Positions 49,005 to 59,303 of a stretch of 64,000 nt of DNA are shown here, piece by piece. This stretch comes from a virus. The notes beneath the pieces were generated by a model that saw only the letters and a list, made by a program, of their open reading frames with translations, searched no databases and was not told the origin of the DNA. The DNA lies in IMG/VR virus record IMGVR_UViG_3300044981_000029, positions 6,195 to 70,194 of that record, one strand, 5' to 3'. The position numbers and the translations under genes are program-made. Each line of letters opens with the position of its first letter. Position 1 is the stretch's first letter.

Positions 49005-49559
49005 ATGCCTGCTCTCAAAAAGGTAAAATACGAAGTGTTTGCCCAAGAGATCGCCAAGGGACGATCCGCCCTTGATGCTTACGCCATAGCTGGGTACCGG
49101 CCCTCACCATCTGCCGCAGGGAACCTACGAAAGAAAACCGAAATAATGTTACGCGTCAGTGAGTTAATGTCTGAACGCGAGCAGATACACGCCCAATCGA
49201 CCGCAGAGGCCATCCAGAGCGCGGCGCTGACCAAGACGTGGGTGATCACGCACTTGATGGAGAACGCGCTCACGTGCCTCGGTAAGATGCCTGTGAAGGT
49301 TTCGCTGGAGGGCGGCGGCGTGCTTGAGACCTACGAGCGCAATCCGCCGGCCGCGAACAAGGCTTTGGAACTGCTGGGCCGTGAAATAGGCATGTTCATT
49401 GAGCGCGTCGAAGTCGGCGACCCTGGCGAGTTTGCCCGCATGACGGATGACGAGCTGACAGCGCAGTTGATTGAGACGGCCGAGAAGCTTGAGATCGAGC
49501 CCAGCGCACTGGAGCACCTGCGGATCACGTACCAGCCGAAGGATGAGGACGAGGCGTAA
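49005..49559 (+). CDS. terS: Terminase small subunit
   Basis: MPAL...KYE.FAQ..AKG.....AY..AGY, I..RV.EL, ANKALELLGREIGMF; upstream of the large subunit. Confidence 0.8.
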   Translation: MPALKKVKYEVFAQEIAKGRSALDAYAIAGYRPSPSAAGNLRKKTEIMLRVSELMSEREQIHAQSTAEAIQSAALTKTWVITHLMENALTCLGKMPVKVSLEGGGVLETYERNPPAANKALELLGREIGMFIERVEVGDPGEFARMTDDELTAQLIETAEKLEIEPSALEHLRITYQPKDEDEA

Positions 49560-49916
49560 TAGGGGTAGACACTACGCGCGTGATGGGGTAGCTTCTACGT
49601 ATGACACGTACCGAACTTCACCAACTCGGCTGCCGGCTACGGGCTCTCGGCTCCACTCGGGGCGATTGGCTGGACTACATCGATGGCACCTTGCCGCTGT
49701 TGACCATGGTGCCGCCAGTGATGATAGCGCCCAAGGCTGAACTGGCTCGTCCAACCCTTGAGTGTCTGACGTGCACTGATCGCCGCAGGAAGAAGGCCAA
49801 GGCACAGAAGAACTGGCGCCAGCGCGCGAAGGAGCAGAAATGACCCTACTCTTCCTGATCGGCATCTGCATTGCGATATCGGCGCTCGTCGAGGCGCTGT
49901 TTCAACTGGAGGACTT

Positions 49917-50183
49917 TTGATGTTGATTCGTGCTGTGATGATTGCCTGCTTGTTCTCGACTGCAGCTTACGCCGATGACGCACAGAAACCGCCAGATCCA
50001 GCCCCGGTAGTCGCTCCTCCAATCACCGAATGGTACCTCAAGTTCGACCAGCCGATGCTCAACGCGTTGTCGGCATGCATACCAGAGATGCCGAAGAAGA
50101 TCGCAGATCCATTCCTGACGACACTGCAAGGCCAGATCAACGGTCAGGCTGCTATCATTGCAGCGATGAAGGCCAAGCCATGA
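49917..50183 (+). CDS. Small exported protein
   Basis: GGAGGA RBS; signal peptide MMLIRAVMIACLFSTAAYA. Confidence 0.6.
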   Translation: MMLIRAVMIACLFSTAAYADDAQKPPDPAPVVAPPITEWYLKFDQPMLNALSACIPEMPKKIADPFLTTLQGQINGQAAIIAAMKAKP

Positions 50184-50582
50184 AGCGCCAATACGACGTC
50201 ATCGGCTTTGATCAATACGGCAACCGGAAGATTGAGACCATCACGATTGAACATGTGCCGTGGTATCAGCGCGTCATTCGCAGAATCGGATGGATGCTTG
50301 TCTTTGGCCGGTGGAAGCGCGTCTCTGGGATCAAGATCGAACTTCCGCAACGACGACGGCGCCACATTAACTTACATTGCGGTAGCGCATATCGTGGCTA
50401 TCAAGCCATTCGAGAACTGGACTGCGATCGAGGTCACGACGGGATGGAATTACACGGTAAAAGAAACCACAGAGCAGATCCTTGCCATGCCTGAGATGGT
50501 GTATGCGATGTGTCCGGCGATGGTGGTAAATCAGCAGCCGCTTAATCCGTCTCTTATAGCTGGTGACTACCGCTTGCGATGA
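50180..50582 (+). pseudogene. Apparently frameshifted ORF pair (+1 at about 50342-50345)
   Basis: Frame A reads MKRQYDVIGFDQYG...GIKIEL. The protein-like continuation RNDDGATLTYIAVAHIVAI...VKETTEQIL is in the +1 frame and has no start of its own. Confidence 0.4.
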
Positions 50583-50890
50583 ACCACCCAATCCCCCGCG
50601 CCGGCATAGAGGACAAAATGAACGATCAAGCGCCAACGCTCTCATACCCATTCGGGCGCGATGTTAATACCCTCGTGGTGTGCATGAATGAGGATCATCG
50701 CCGACACGCCATCAAGAATTGTGGCATCAAGGCGCGGTACGAAACCATTGGCAGCGCTTTGTGCGGATGCCGGTATAACCACGTTGTTGTGCTCCGAACG
50801 GATCAGCCGTTTTCTGATGTGGAACGGCGCATCATTCGAGAGGACTTACCCACCAAACTCAGCCTTGGTGGTAAGTTGTATATTTGGTGA
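50579..50890 (+). CDS. Hypothetical protein
   Basis: ORF overlapping its neighbours at both ends. Confidence 0.45.
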   Translation: MNHPIPRAGIEDKMNDQAPTLSYPFGRDVNTLVVCMNEDHRRHAIKNCGIKARYETIGSALCGCRYNHVVVLRTDQPFSDVERRIIREDLPTKLSLGGKLYIW

Positions 50891-52614
50891 ACCGGCCGAT
50901 ACCAAGATCCGACATAGAGCGTTTCTCAGTCCTCATGGCAGAGAAACGCCGACGCATTGCCAAGGCTGAGCACCAGACGCGCGGCTATCGCGATGATGAT
51001 GGTGTGTGGCAAGGCGGGCTCCTGTCGTTCGTGCGATACTTCTGGCATGTGCTGGAGCCGGGCACACCGTTCGTGGACGGCTGGGTGCTGGAGGCAATCT
51101 GTGAGCACCTCGAAGCGGTCACTTACGGCGAGATCACCAATCTGCTGATCAATGTGTTCCCCGGCGCCATGAAGTCGCTGCTGACCAATGTATTCTGGCC
51201 GGCGTGGGAATGGGGACCGATGGAACTCACGCACATCCGTTATGTGACGTTCAGTTACAGCAGCTCCAACACCGAGCGCGACAACCAGCGATTTGGCGAT
51301 CTGATCACGTCGCCCGACTATCAGGCGATGTACGTTGCGGTCGTGGTGCGCCAATGCGGTATGACGATGGTATCGAACCGCAAGCACGGCTGGAAGCTGG
51401 CGAGTTCGGTCACAGGATCGGTCACGGGCAAGCGCGGCAATAGAGCAATCTGCGACGATCTCAACAACGTCAAAGAGTCCGAATCCAAAACAGTGATGGA
51501 TGAAACCAACCGCTGGTTTCGGGAATCGCTATCGTCACGCCTCAACAACATGGAGACCGATGCGAAGGTCGTAATAGCGCAGCGCGTCGGCGAAAATGAT
51601 GTGTCCGGAGAGATTCTAAGGTTAGGACTGCCGTACACCCATCTATGTATAAAAATGGAATTTGATTGGTACAGTTCCACCAACCAAGAAACTGGAGAGC
51701 CGTACACCACAGAGATCGGATGGGTTGATCCGCGATGGCGTCCAACTCCGGAGGAGTGCGAAGGTGAACTTGCGTGGCCCGAGAGATTCAGCGAGAAGTC
51801 GGTCAAGTCACTCAAGATTGAACTTGGCCCGTTCGCAACCGCTTCGCAATTGCAACAGACCCCAGAGGCGCGCGGCGGCGGCTTGATCAAGCGCGAGTGG
51901 TGGTTGCCTGCCGAGCAATACATGACAGGTCGCAAGTTTCCGCCGTTTGAGTATGTGTTCGGATCGCTTGACGGCGCGTTCACCGAGGACGAGAAGAACG
52001 ATCCATCAGCGCTGACCATGTGGGGCGTGTTCCAGAATGAGCATGGGCGCAACCGGGCGATGCTGATTCACGGCTGGGCAAAGCGGCTGGAGATTTCAGG
52101 GCCGCTAATGGAGATCGAACCAAACGAGCACGAATCGATGTTCCGCCGCCGCTGCATGCCGTTTTGGGGATTGACCGAATGGGTTGCGGATACCTGCAAC
52201 CGGTTCAAGGCTGACAAGTTGTTGATCGAGAACAAGGCGTCTGGCATTTCTGCCGCGCAGTCGCTACGTAATTCGCACAGTCGGCAGGGCTGGACCGTGC
52301 AGCTCGTTGAGCCAAAAGGCGATAAATATGCACGCGGCATGGCAGTTGTGCCTTCCTTTTCACAAGGGATGATCTATGCTCCTGATGTTGAGGAATTTGC
52401 TTGGGCCGGCGAGGTGATCGATAATTGCGCTATATTCCCGTTCGGCGCGCATGATGATCTGTATGATTCCGCAATGCAGGCCATCAAGCATTTGCGCGAT
52501 ACCGGGCTGATCCGATCTGATGAGGAGCGGCGCGCGGAGGAGTTGGACGCGGTACGGCACAAGGGCGCGCCGAAGAGGCCGCGATATCCGGGGTTTGCGA
52601 GGAGAAGCGCTTGA
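50884..52614 (+). CDS. terL: Terminase large subunit
   Basis: LLINVFPGAMKS Walker A, TGKRGN..ICDD Walker B, IAQR, QLQQ.P...GG, nuclease D.AF...NDPSA, IENKASG, HDD..D. Confidence 0.95.
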   Translation: MVNRPIPRSDIERFSVLMAEKRRRIAKAEHQTRGYRDDDGVWQGGLLSFVRYFWHVLEPGTPFVDGWVLEAICEHLEAVTYGEITNLLINVFPGAMKSLLTNVFWPAWEWGPMELTHIRYVTFSYSSSNTERDNQRFGDLITSPDYQAMYVAVVVRQCGMTMVSNRKHGWKLASSVTGSVTGKRGNRAICDDLNNVKESESKTVMDETNRWFRESLSSRLNNMETDAKVVIAQRVGENDVSGEILRLGLPYTHLCIKMEFDWYSSTNQETGEPYTTEIGWVDPRWRPTPEECEGELAWPERFSEKSVKSLKIELGPFATASQLQQTPEARGGGLIKREWWLPAEQYMTGRKFPPFEYVFGSLDGAFTEDEKNDPSALTMWGVFQNEHGRNRAMLIHGWAKRLEISGPLMEIEPNEHESMFRRRCMPFWGLTEWVADTCNRFKADKLLIENKASGISAAQSLRNSHSRQGWTVQLVEPKGDKYARGMAVVPSFSQGMIYAPDVEEFAWAGEVIDNCAIFPFGAHDDLYDSAMQAIKHLRDTGLIRSDEERRAEELDAVRHKGAPKRPRYPGFARRSA

Positions 52615-54322
52615 CTACCGAGAATTATACCGGAGCATCGCTGGCTATCAATCAGTACGGGTTGAACTACAAGGATCTGGCGTCGAAAGAAAGAGCCCGC
52701 GGCAAATTCGAGCACATGAAGCTTTACCGCACTATTGAAGACAGTGCGCTTGTTCTGCAGTACGATGCGCGCGATGACCACTTCGAGGTTTATCACTGGA
52801 GGTACGAATGACTGAGGCACTGGACATCACGAGGAAGCTGGAGATTTTGGCGAACCTGAAATTGGGGGATGAGATGCCAAGTGAACTTGGTCCCATAACC
52901 GGTAACTGGATGTCCGGCATCTGTGCCGAGGCGCTGGCTGAGATTTACCAATTGCGCGGCAAGTTGATGAGTGCCGATGCAGCGTTGATGACATCGAACG
53001 TTCCGAATGATTGGGTGAGGCGCTCGGGATATGCCATGGCATCGCTCCCGATCGACAATTTCCGCGCTCACGTCCAAACCCCGCAGACCATCGAATGGTC
53101 TGTGGCGCAAGATCCCACGTCGTTCGAGCCTGCTGCTGGAGTCTACACGCATGCGATACTAGACAGCATGCGCGTGACGTCAGAGCGTATTGCCGCAGAA
53201 GCTCTGAACAAAGGCGCGCCGGTAGTCAACTGTATTGGCGACAACTGGCGCGATGTGGTGCGCGCGGGCACGGTGGAGTGCGATACGCTGCCTACCGATT
53301 CTGAACAGCGCAAGGTCTACGACGAAGGCTTGAAGCTGTTAGGATTGCCGGTTTCAGAGAGCGGCGGCACGGCGGATGCTCAATTGCCAGGACTCACCGC
53401 CACAATGATCATTATGGACGATCCGCACGAACCGCCTACTGAGACCCCAGTTGAACCATGGGGCAGCCCATTTGCGATGGACACGAGGAACTGGAAATGA
53501 AGCCCGATGTGATTGAACGTCTCCGCGCAACCCTCATTATGCGACCCGGCACCGCCGATTCGGACGTCAATGTGCTGGCTATTCCGGTTAGCGTACCTTG
53601 GGGCGATGTGGAGGACGCAATCAAGGAGATTGAGCGCCTTCGCGCCACTCTTCGCCTGTGCGTGCGCGGTCCGAACGCCGTCCAAATTGCTAAGGGTGAG
53701 CTGATCGGGTTATGCCTGAACGATGGCCCCAGCTACGCCGATATCCGGCGCGACGCCAAGCTCACGCCGTCCATCGAACCCGGAGAGCCCTCTTGAAAAA
53801 GCCCCACATCATCACCGGCAGCGGCCCGCTGATCACGCCGCGCATGATGCCCTCCGGCGGCGACGAATGCGTATCGCTGCTGGAGGACATGCTCGCCAGC
53901 GCCAGAAAGGGCGAAATGTCATGGCTCATCGTGGTGGCTGGCGGCCCGCATGACTTCGGCAGCGCCTTCGCCGGCAACAACGCGGCACAGATGAACCTGG
54001 GGCTAGACGTGGCCAAGGCGGACATCATTTCGAGGGTGAAGGCGCGGTGAAGTATCGACCTCATCGAGGATCTCTTGCTGAATCAATGGCCAGAGTCATT
54101 GAAATTAACGGTATCGATGAACTGATTGCCGCAATGATGCGTGGACTTGACTGTTACCCGAAGAGCAGGCGTCCGACACGAAACAATGTTACCGTAGAGC
54201 CATACAGTTTCGACAAGAGAATTAACTGGAATACCCACATCGTTTGCGTAAATGGGGACGCATGGGGCTTTACGGATGGACCTCTGTGTGACCCGCCATT
54301 TTGGCCTAGGCTCCAAGCCTGA
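52611..54322 (+). other. Inserted hypothetical CDSs between terL and portal (52611-52811, 52808-53500, 53497-53796, 53793-54050, 54047-54322)
   Basis: Chain of 4-bp-overlapping ORFs. Confidence 0.55.
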
Positions 54323-54573
54323 CCGTTGCCGGTTATCCGATCGGGCGCACATCCCTGTGGTGGTCATGGCGGTTTCTATGGTAATCATCGGCGTTGGTTA
54401 CCTCTTTTGGGGATGAAATCATGGGTTTGGTTCTTTACTGCCCGACAAAGGATGAGCGCGAATATGTTGACGACGTGATCGCGCGGGAAGCCCGCCAAGC
54501 CAATGAAAAGGCTGAGCGGGAAGAGGCCGAAAGAGGCTTTATCGCACTAAGATCCGTAGCTCGCGGTCGATAG

Positions 54574-56838
54574 ATGGCGGATCCTGCGCTAGACCTAGGC
54601 GACATCGAAGTCGTTATCGAGGACGATCCCGACGATAGCGTCAGGATGGTTGACGGAAATTTGGAGGTAGATCAGCCGGATGGCGGGGTCATCATCCAGT
54701 TCAACCCGCAGGACCAAAGCGATCCGGACGACGAAAATCCTGCCGATTTCTACAAGAACATCGCGGGAAAATTGAGCGAATCAGAGCGTTTGGCCATCGC
54801 CAATGACCTGATTGAGGCAATCCAGGCAGACGACGCATCGCGCTCCGAATCGCTGGCCACCCGCGCCAAAGGGATGGACCTGCTCGGCCTGCAGATCGAG
54901 GATCCAAGGGCCGGCGACGGCGCCGCGGCGATGGATGGCATGTCCGTGGTGACTAATCCGCTATTGCTGGAAGCCATTCTCAAGGATTGGGCCAACGCAC
55001 AGGCCGAGTTTTTGCCGGCGGACGGTCCATGCAAGGTCGAAGACGTTGAAGACGAGCCGGACCAAGTCCAAGACGACCTCGCCGACGCGTTCGAACGGGA
55101 CATGAATTACTTCCTGACCTCGATCGCCACGGAATACGCGCCTGAGACCTCGCACATGCTGTTATGGGGCCGGGCATTCGGAGGGTGTGGTATCAAAAAG
55201 GTATACCTCCATCCGATGAAAAAGCGTCCGACCTCGGAAAAGGTTGATATTCAGTATTTCATCGTGTCAGATGCGGCGACCGATCTGAAATCCTGCGAGC
55301 GCATCACGCACGTCATCCCGATGCGTCAATCCGTGATGAAGCGCTACCAGAGGAAAGGGATCTATCTCGACGAGGCGCTGACACCTCCGACTGCACAACA
55401 GAATGTCGTGGAAGAGAATATCGCATCAATTCAGGGTGTTGCGGCTGCCAAGGCGAGGCCGGAGGATCAGCCCTATACGTTGTACGAATGCCAATGTGAG
55501 CTTGATCTAGACCAGTTCGCGCCGAGGGATTTCAAGGGAATCCCGCTGCCGTATCTGGTCACCATCGACAAAGATTCGCAGAAAATGCTGGCGTTGCGCC
55601 GCGACTGGAAACCGGAGGACGAGGACTGCCAGCGCAAGCGGATGTACGTCAAGTATCCTTACGTACCTGGACCAGGGTTTTACGGGACTGGACTGCTGAA
55701 CATCCTCGGCAACTCAACCGCGGCGATGACTGCGGCATGGCGCATGTGTCTTGACGCCGGCATGCTGGCGAACTTCCCGGCATTCCTGATCGCCAAGCTG
55801 GGCGGCAGGCAGAATACCTCTGATTTCACGATCAATCCAGGCACTGGCACGTTGATTGAGACCAACGGGCAGGACATTCGCGAAATCGTGGCCAACCTGC
55901 CGTTCCATGAGGCTGGCCCTAGCCTTATGACATTGATTGACAAGATCACCGAGCAGAGCAAGGAGGTCGGTGCCTCGGCTAATATCCCGGTGGGCGAGGG
56001 CGTCAAGGATGTTCCGGTTGGAACTATGCTGGCGCATATTGAGACATCGACCAAGCTGATGGCAGCCACGCATAAGCTAGGCCACGAGGCCCAGGCCGAG
56101 GAAATCAGCCTGATCTGCGATCTGTTCCGCGAGATGCCGGAGGCGTTCTGGCGCGGCAACAAGACCAAATTCGCGCGCAAGTTCGGGTGGACTGAGGAAA
56201 AGCTGCTGCGGGCACTGAATACCGTCACGCTGATCCCGAAATCGGACCCGAATATCCCGAGCCACATCCATCGGCAGATGCGCGCGGTGGCACTGGTCGA
56301 GTTGATTTCCGGCCCGCTTGGACCTCGGATGAATCCCGATGAGGTTCTGAAGAGGGTTCTCGCGGCCATGCGCGAAGATCCGCGCGGGTTGGTCATTACC
56401 CCGCCGCCGCCATCCACGCAGCCCAATCCAGACGAGATAACTGCTCAAGCCAAGATGCTCGACGCTCAGACCAAGAGCAAAAAGGTCGATACCGACGCCG
56501 CTATCGCTCAACAGAAAGGTGTTCTTGACGCGGCGCAGCAGAAGTCCGACATTCAAAAAGACACGATCGACATGGCGAAAGAGCTCGTCATCCACAAGGC
56601 GGATATGGCCAAGGTGGCGGCCGACCAGAACAAGAGCAAGTCCGAGCTAGGATTGAAAGCGAATCAGCAGGCGCATGAGCAGACCATGGACAAAGCCAAA
56701 CATGGGCTTGATACTGGGGTTGCGGCGCATCAAGCCAATTTGGATACGCACCAAGCAATTCTCGACACGGCAGAGGCGATGAAGCCTGAACCAGAGCCTG
56801 AAGCACGTGCGCCGGCCAAGCCGAAAGCCAAGCCATGA
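54574..56838 (+). CDS. Portal protein
   Basis: 754 aa with acidic N-terminus. D..SR, NPLL.EA....A.A.AE.LPADGP.K, KKVY, LPY.VTID, PG.GFYG.GL, LDAG.LAN, PVGT.LA, and a helical C-terminal barrel. Confidence 0.9.
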   Translation: MADPALDLGDIEVVIEDDPDDSVRMVDGNLEVDQPDGGVIIQFNPQDQSDPDDENPADFYKNIAGKLSESERLAIANDLIEAIQADDASRSESLATRAKGMDLLGLQIEDPRAGDGAAAMDGMSVVTNPLLLEAILKDWANAQAEFLPADGPCKVEDVEDEPDQVQDDLADAFERDMNYFLTSIATEYAPETSHMLLWGRAFGGCGIKKVYLHPMKKRPTSEKVDIQYFIVSDAATDLKSCERITHVIPMRQSVMKRYQRKGIYLDEALTPPTAQQNVVEENIASIQGVAAAKARPEDQPYTLYECQCELDLDQFAPRDFKGIPLPYLVTIDKDSQKMLALRRDWKPEDEDCQRKRMYVKYPYVPGPGFYGTGLLNILGNSTAAMTAAWRMCLDAGMLANFPAFLIAKLGGRQNTSDFTINPGTGTLIETNGQDIREIVANLPFHEAGPSLMTLIDKITEQSKEVGASANIPVGEGVKDVPVGTMLAHIETSTKLMAATHKLGHEAQAEEISLICDLFREMPEAFWRGNKTKFARKFGWTEEKLLRALNTVTLIPKSDPNIPSHIHRQMRAVALVELISGPLGPRMNPDEVLKRVLAAMREDPRGLVITPPPPSTQPNPDEITAQAKMLDAQTKSKKVDTDAAIAQQKGVLDAAQQKSDIQKDTIDMAKELVIHKADMAKVAADQNKSKSELGLKANQQAHEQTMDKAKHGLDTGVAAHQANLDTHQAILDTAEAMKPEPEPEARAPAKPKAKP

Positions 56839-57080
56839 CAATTTCCCGGTTAACCGCAGCCGCGATTCCCGGGTGGCCAGCGAGGGGGTCGTCCGAGCGC
56901 TAACGAAAGGTCGCCTCCTGCGCCGCAGCGGTAGGGAAGTCATGTGACGGGTCAAGGCGACCGTCCCAAGGAATTGTTGCTGAAAGCGTAAATAAGTGCG
57001 ATATATGAGCCTGGCGACCAACGGTCCATGAGATGCAATGGATTGGTCCTTGAAGGATCTTGGATCTTCAGTTGGTCGCC
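56834..57080 (+). ncRNA. Candidate structured RNA / cis-regulatory leader between portal and GG-repeat protein
   Basis: Largest non-coding gap in the late arm, with several stems (56834-47/56934-44; 56946-65; 57013-22/57071-80 enclosing two hairpins). Confidence 0.45.
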
Positions 57081-57104
57081 TGCAAATGCATTCAGGTAGG
57101 AGAG

Positions 57105-58148
57105 ATGATGGCCCATCCGATGCACAAACACCGCCAAACCGCCAAGGAACACTCGCGCGTCGGCCACATCACGAAGGGTTACAAGTCCGGCGGTGCCGTG
57201 AAGGGCGAAAAGGCCATCGGCAAAAAGGCACTGTCCCTCCACAGGCAAGAGCATCAGGAACTCCACGCCGAAGGGCACAAAACGAAACACCGCATGGATA
57301 GACCGAAGCGGGCCAAGGGCGGCAAGGTCCACAAAGGCGGGAAGACCGTCGTTAATGTGATCGCTGGCGGCCACCCCGCAGGCGGCGCCGTTCCGAACAT
57401 CCCCAGTCCGCCGCTCGGTGTAGCTCCCGCCGCGATGCCGCCCGCTCCCCCTCCGATGGCTGCCAAGCCCCCGATGCCCATGCCGCCGCCTGGGGCGATG
57501 GCTGGACCGGGTGCGCCGCCTCCCATGCCGATGCGGGCGAAGGGCGGAAGAGTTGGGAAGGCTGATGGCGGATCCACGTCGTCTGATCGGCCGCTGCCGA
57601 CAACCAAGGATCTCGACGATATCCTGAAGAGCAATCCGAGCCTTTACGGAGCGCTCGGTGGCTACCAGGCGAAGATTCCCCGGCCGAAAGCCAAGGGCGG
57701 CCGCGTTCACCGCGCCGATGGCGGTCCCTTGGATCAGAGTCCGTTCGAGGACAACAGCACTCCAACGCCAATTCCAGCCAACCCGTTCGATTCGATGAAG
57801 ATGGGCAAGAAAATCAAGGTGCCACGCTCGGGGAAGGGCGCTACGGTGCCACCTAACGAATACGCTCGCGGCGGCGGCGTTAAATCCATCGGCATGAACG
57901 TCGGCACCAAGGTCCAGCGCACCGATGGAAAAGACGACGGCAAGGACATCGGCCGCGGTCGTGTCGTGACGTTCTGGGCCGGCGGTGGCGTCAAGAAGAA
58001 ATGCGACGGTGGCCCGACGATGCCGACTCGCGCCAAGGGCGGCCGGATTGAATCTCCGCAGGGCGTCGCCAAGGCCACGCGTCTTCCCGGCGGTTCTGGC
58101 GGCGGCGAGGCGCGGCTGGCCAAAGAGCACAGGGCGGAGCGGCGGTGA
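57105..58148 (+). CDS. Basic, disordered protein with ten xxxGGxx motifs (putative internal head protein/polyprotein)
   Basis: AGGAGAG RBS. Motifs YKSGGAV, RAKGGKV, RAKGGRV, KADGGST, KAKGGRV, RADGGPL, YARGGGV, FWAGGGV, KCDGGPT, RAKGGRI; Pro/Met-rich spacer. Confidence 0.8.
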   Translation: MMAHPMHKHRQTAKEHSRVGHITKGYKSGGAVKGEKAIGKKALSLHRQEHQELHAEGHKTKHRMDRPKRAKGGKVHKGGKTVVNVIAGGHPAGGAVPNIPSPPLGVAPAAMPPAPPPMAAKPPMPMPPPGAMAGPGAPPPMPMRAKGGRVGKADGGSTSSDRPLPTTKDLDDILKSNPSLYGALGGYQAKIPRPKAKGGRVHRADGGPLDQSPFEDNSTPTPIPANPFDSMKMGKKIKVPRSGKGATVPPNEYARGGGVKSIGMNVGTKVQRTDGKDDGKDIGRGRVVTFWAGGGVKKKCDGGPTMPTRAKGGRIESPQGVAKATRLPGGSGGGEARLAKEHRAERR

Positions 58149-58278
58149 GCTATTCCGAGATCAAAGCTTCACTCGCACGAGTGCTGGACAGGGGTGAGCG
58201 TGTTATTATCGCTGGCTCAGGACATTGGGCGCAGATGGCTTGGATGGCGCTTGGCGAATTGATGCAGGAGCGGCGCTG

Positions 58279-58530
58279 ATGTACAACCCATACGGCCCAA
58301 AGCGCGTTACGGCGGGATTGGTTGCTGATGTCGTATCCTTCGAACAGGAAGATCACCCCGCGTTATCGCGAAACCTTCTCCGCGAGCTGCGAGAAGAGCG
58401 CGCCAAATGGTACGACGGTCTGATCGCATCGAAGGACTGGGCTGATTTCGAGCGACGGCGCGGCTTGATTAATGGATTGGATAACGCGATTTCCCTTTGC
58501 GAGGCCGCAAAGAAGCAGTTAGAGAGCTAA
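58279..58530 (+). CDS. Small helical head-module protein
   Basis: CAGGAG RBS; DW.DF.RRRG.I.GL..A pattern, between portal and GroES. Confidence 0.6.
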   Translation: MYNPYGPKRVTAGLVADVVSFEQEDHPALSRNLLRELREERAKWYDGLIASKDWADFERRRGLINGLDNAISLCEAAKKQLES

Positions 58531-58574
58531 TTCATACTCCCGCCTCAAGCAGAGGCGCAGATAGGGAAGCACCC

Positions 58575-59303
58575 ATGGCCCGCAGGCCAGTGAAGAAGCG
58601 CAAGCAGCGCGCGACACCGAAGAAGACCAATGCTCGGAAGTTTAACAAGGTCATTCGGACAGTCATTGCCAAGAAGGCGATGGTCCTTAACCCGAAATTT
58701 GATCTCAAGATCGGCTCCGCAGACGATCCATTTTTCGTCCACCCCGAAACGATACCGGATGGCGTCGCGCTTCAGTGGGTAAGCGACGAAGCTCCAAGTA
58801 TGCGGGATCAGTGCGCTGCGTCCGGCTGGAAATTGGTCCCCAAATGCGAGCGGGTAGGCGGCCTATTCCTGATGTGGGCACCGCAGCAGGTCGCTAACGA
58901 ACAGCGCGACAAGAACATAGCCGTCGCTCGCCGGCAGATGCAGGAAATGCGCGACATGCTCCGCATGGACGTGCCAACGGATCATTCGCATCGCGTGCCG
59001 CTAGTTAGCGAATCGTTTCTTGCATCAGAACCCTATCAATCCATCCCGTCCGACACCCCGCCGATTGATGTTGAGGTAAAAGTCAACTTCCGTCTGTCAG
59101 CGCGTCTTCAAGAAGCGGCGGCTTGCATCGGAATTGATCCGCAGGTCTATGCTCAGAGACGGATTGCGCTATATTTGCGCGGCGAACTCGGTGGAATTCT
59201 GTTGCCTGTATATGCTGTTAGTCACACCAATGAGCGCGGGCCAAAAGAAAATGCCTTGGAATTGTTCGAAGGCGGTAATTTTAACATACAGTCGAGGATC
59301 TGA
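58575..59303 (+). CDS. Head-module protein, paralog 1 of the QW...GW..VP family
   Basis: DPFFV.PE.IPDG..LQW...GWKLVP...VGGLFLM..P. Confidence 0.6.
   Translation: MARRPVKKRKQRATPKKTNARKFNKVIRTVIAKKAMVLNPKFDLKIGSADDPFFVHPETIPDGVALQWVSDEAPSMRDQCAASGWKLVPKCERVGGLFLMWAPQQVANEQRDKNIAVARRQMQEMRDMLRMDVPTDHSHRVPLVSESFLASEPYQSIPSDTPPIDVEVKVNFRLSARLQEAAACIGIDPQVYAQRRIALYLRGELGGILLPVYAVSHTNERGPKENALELFEGGNFNIQSRI

Noticed and set aside
56900-56965. HDV-like ribozyme core around GCCTCCTGCGC
   Set aside because: P3 has a mismatch and no convincing P4/J4-2/P2; kept only as generic structured RNA.
57105-58148. True ubiquitin-like conjugation system or double-glycine bacteriocin leaders
   Set aside because: No beta-grasp protein, E1/E2/JAB enzyme or C39 peptidase transporter visible; the GG motifs are internal and in virion-module proteins.
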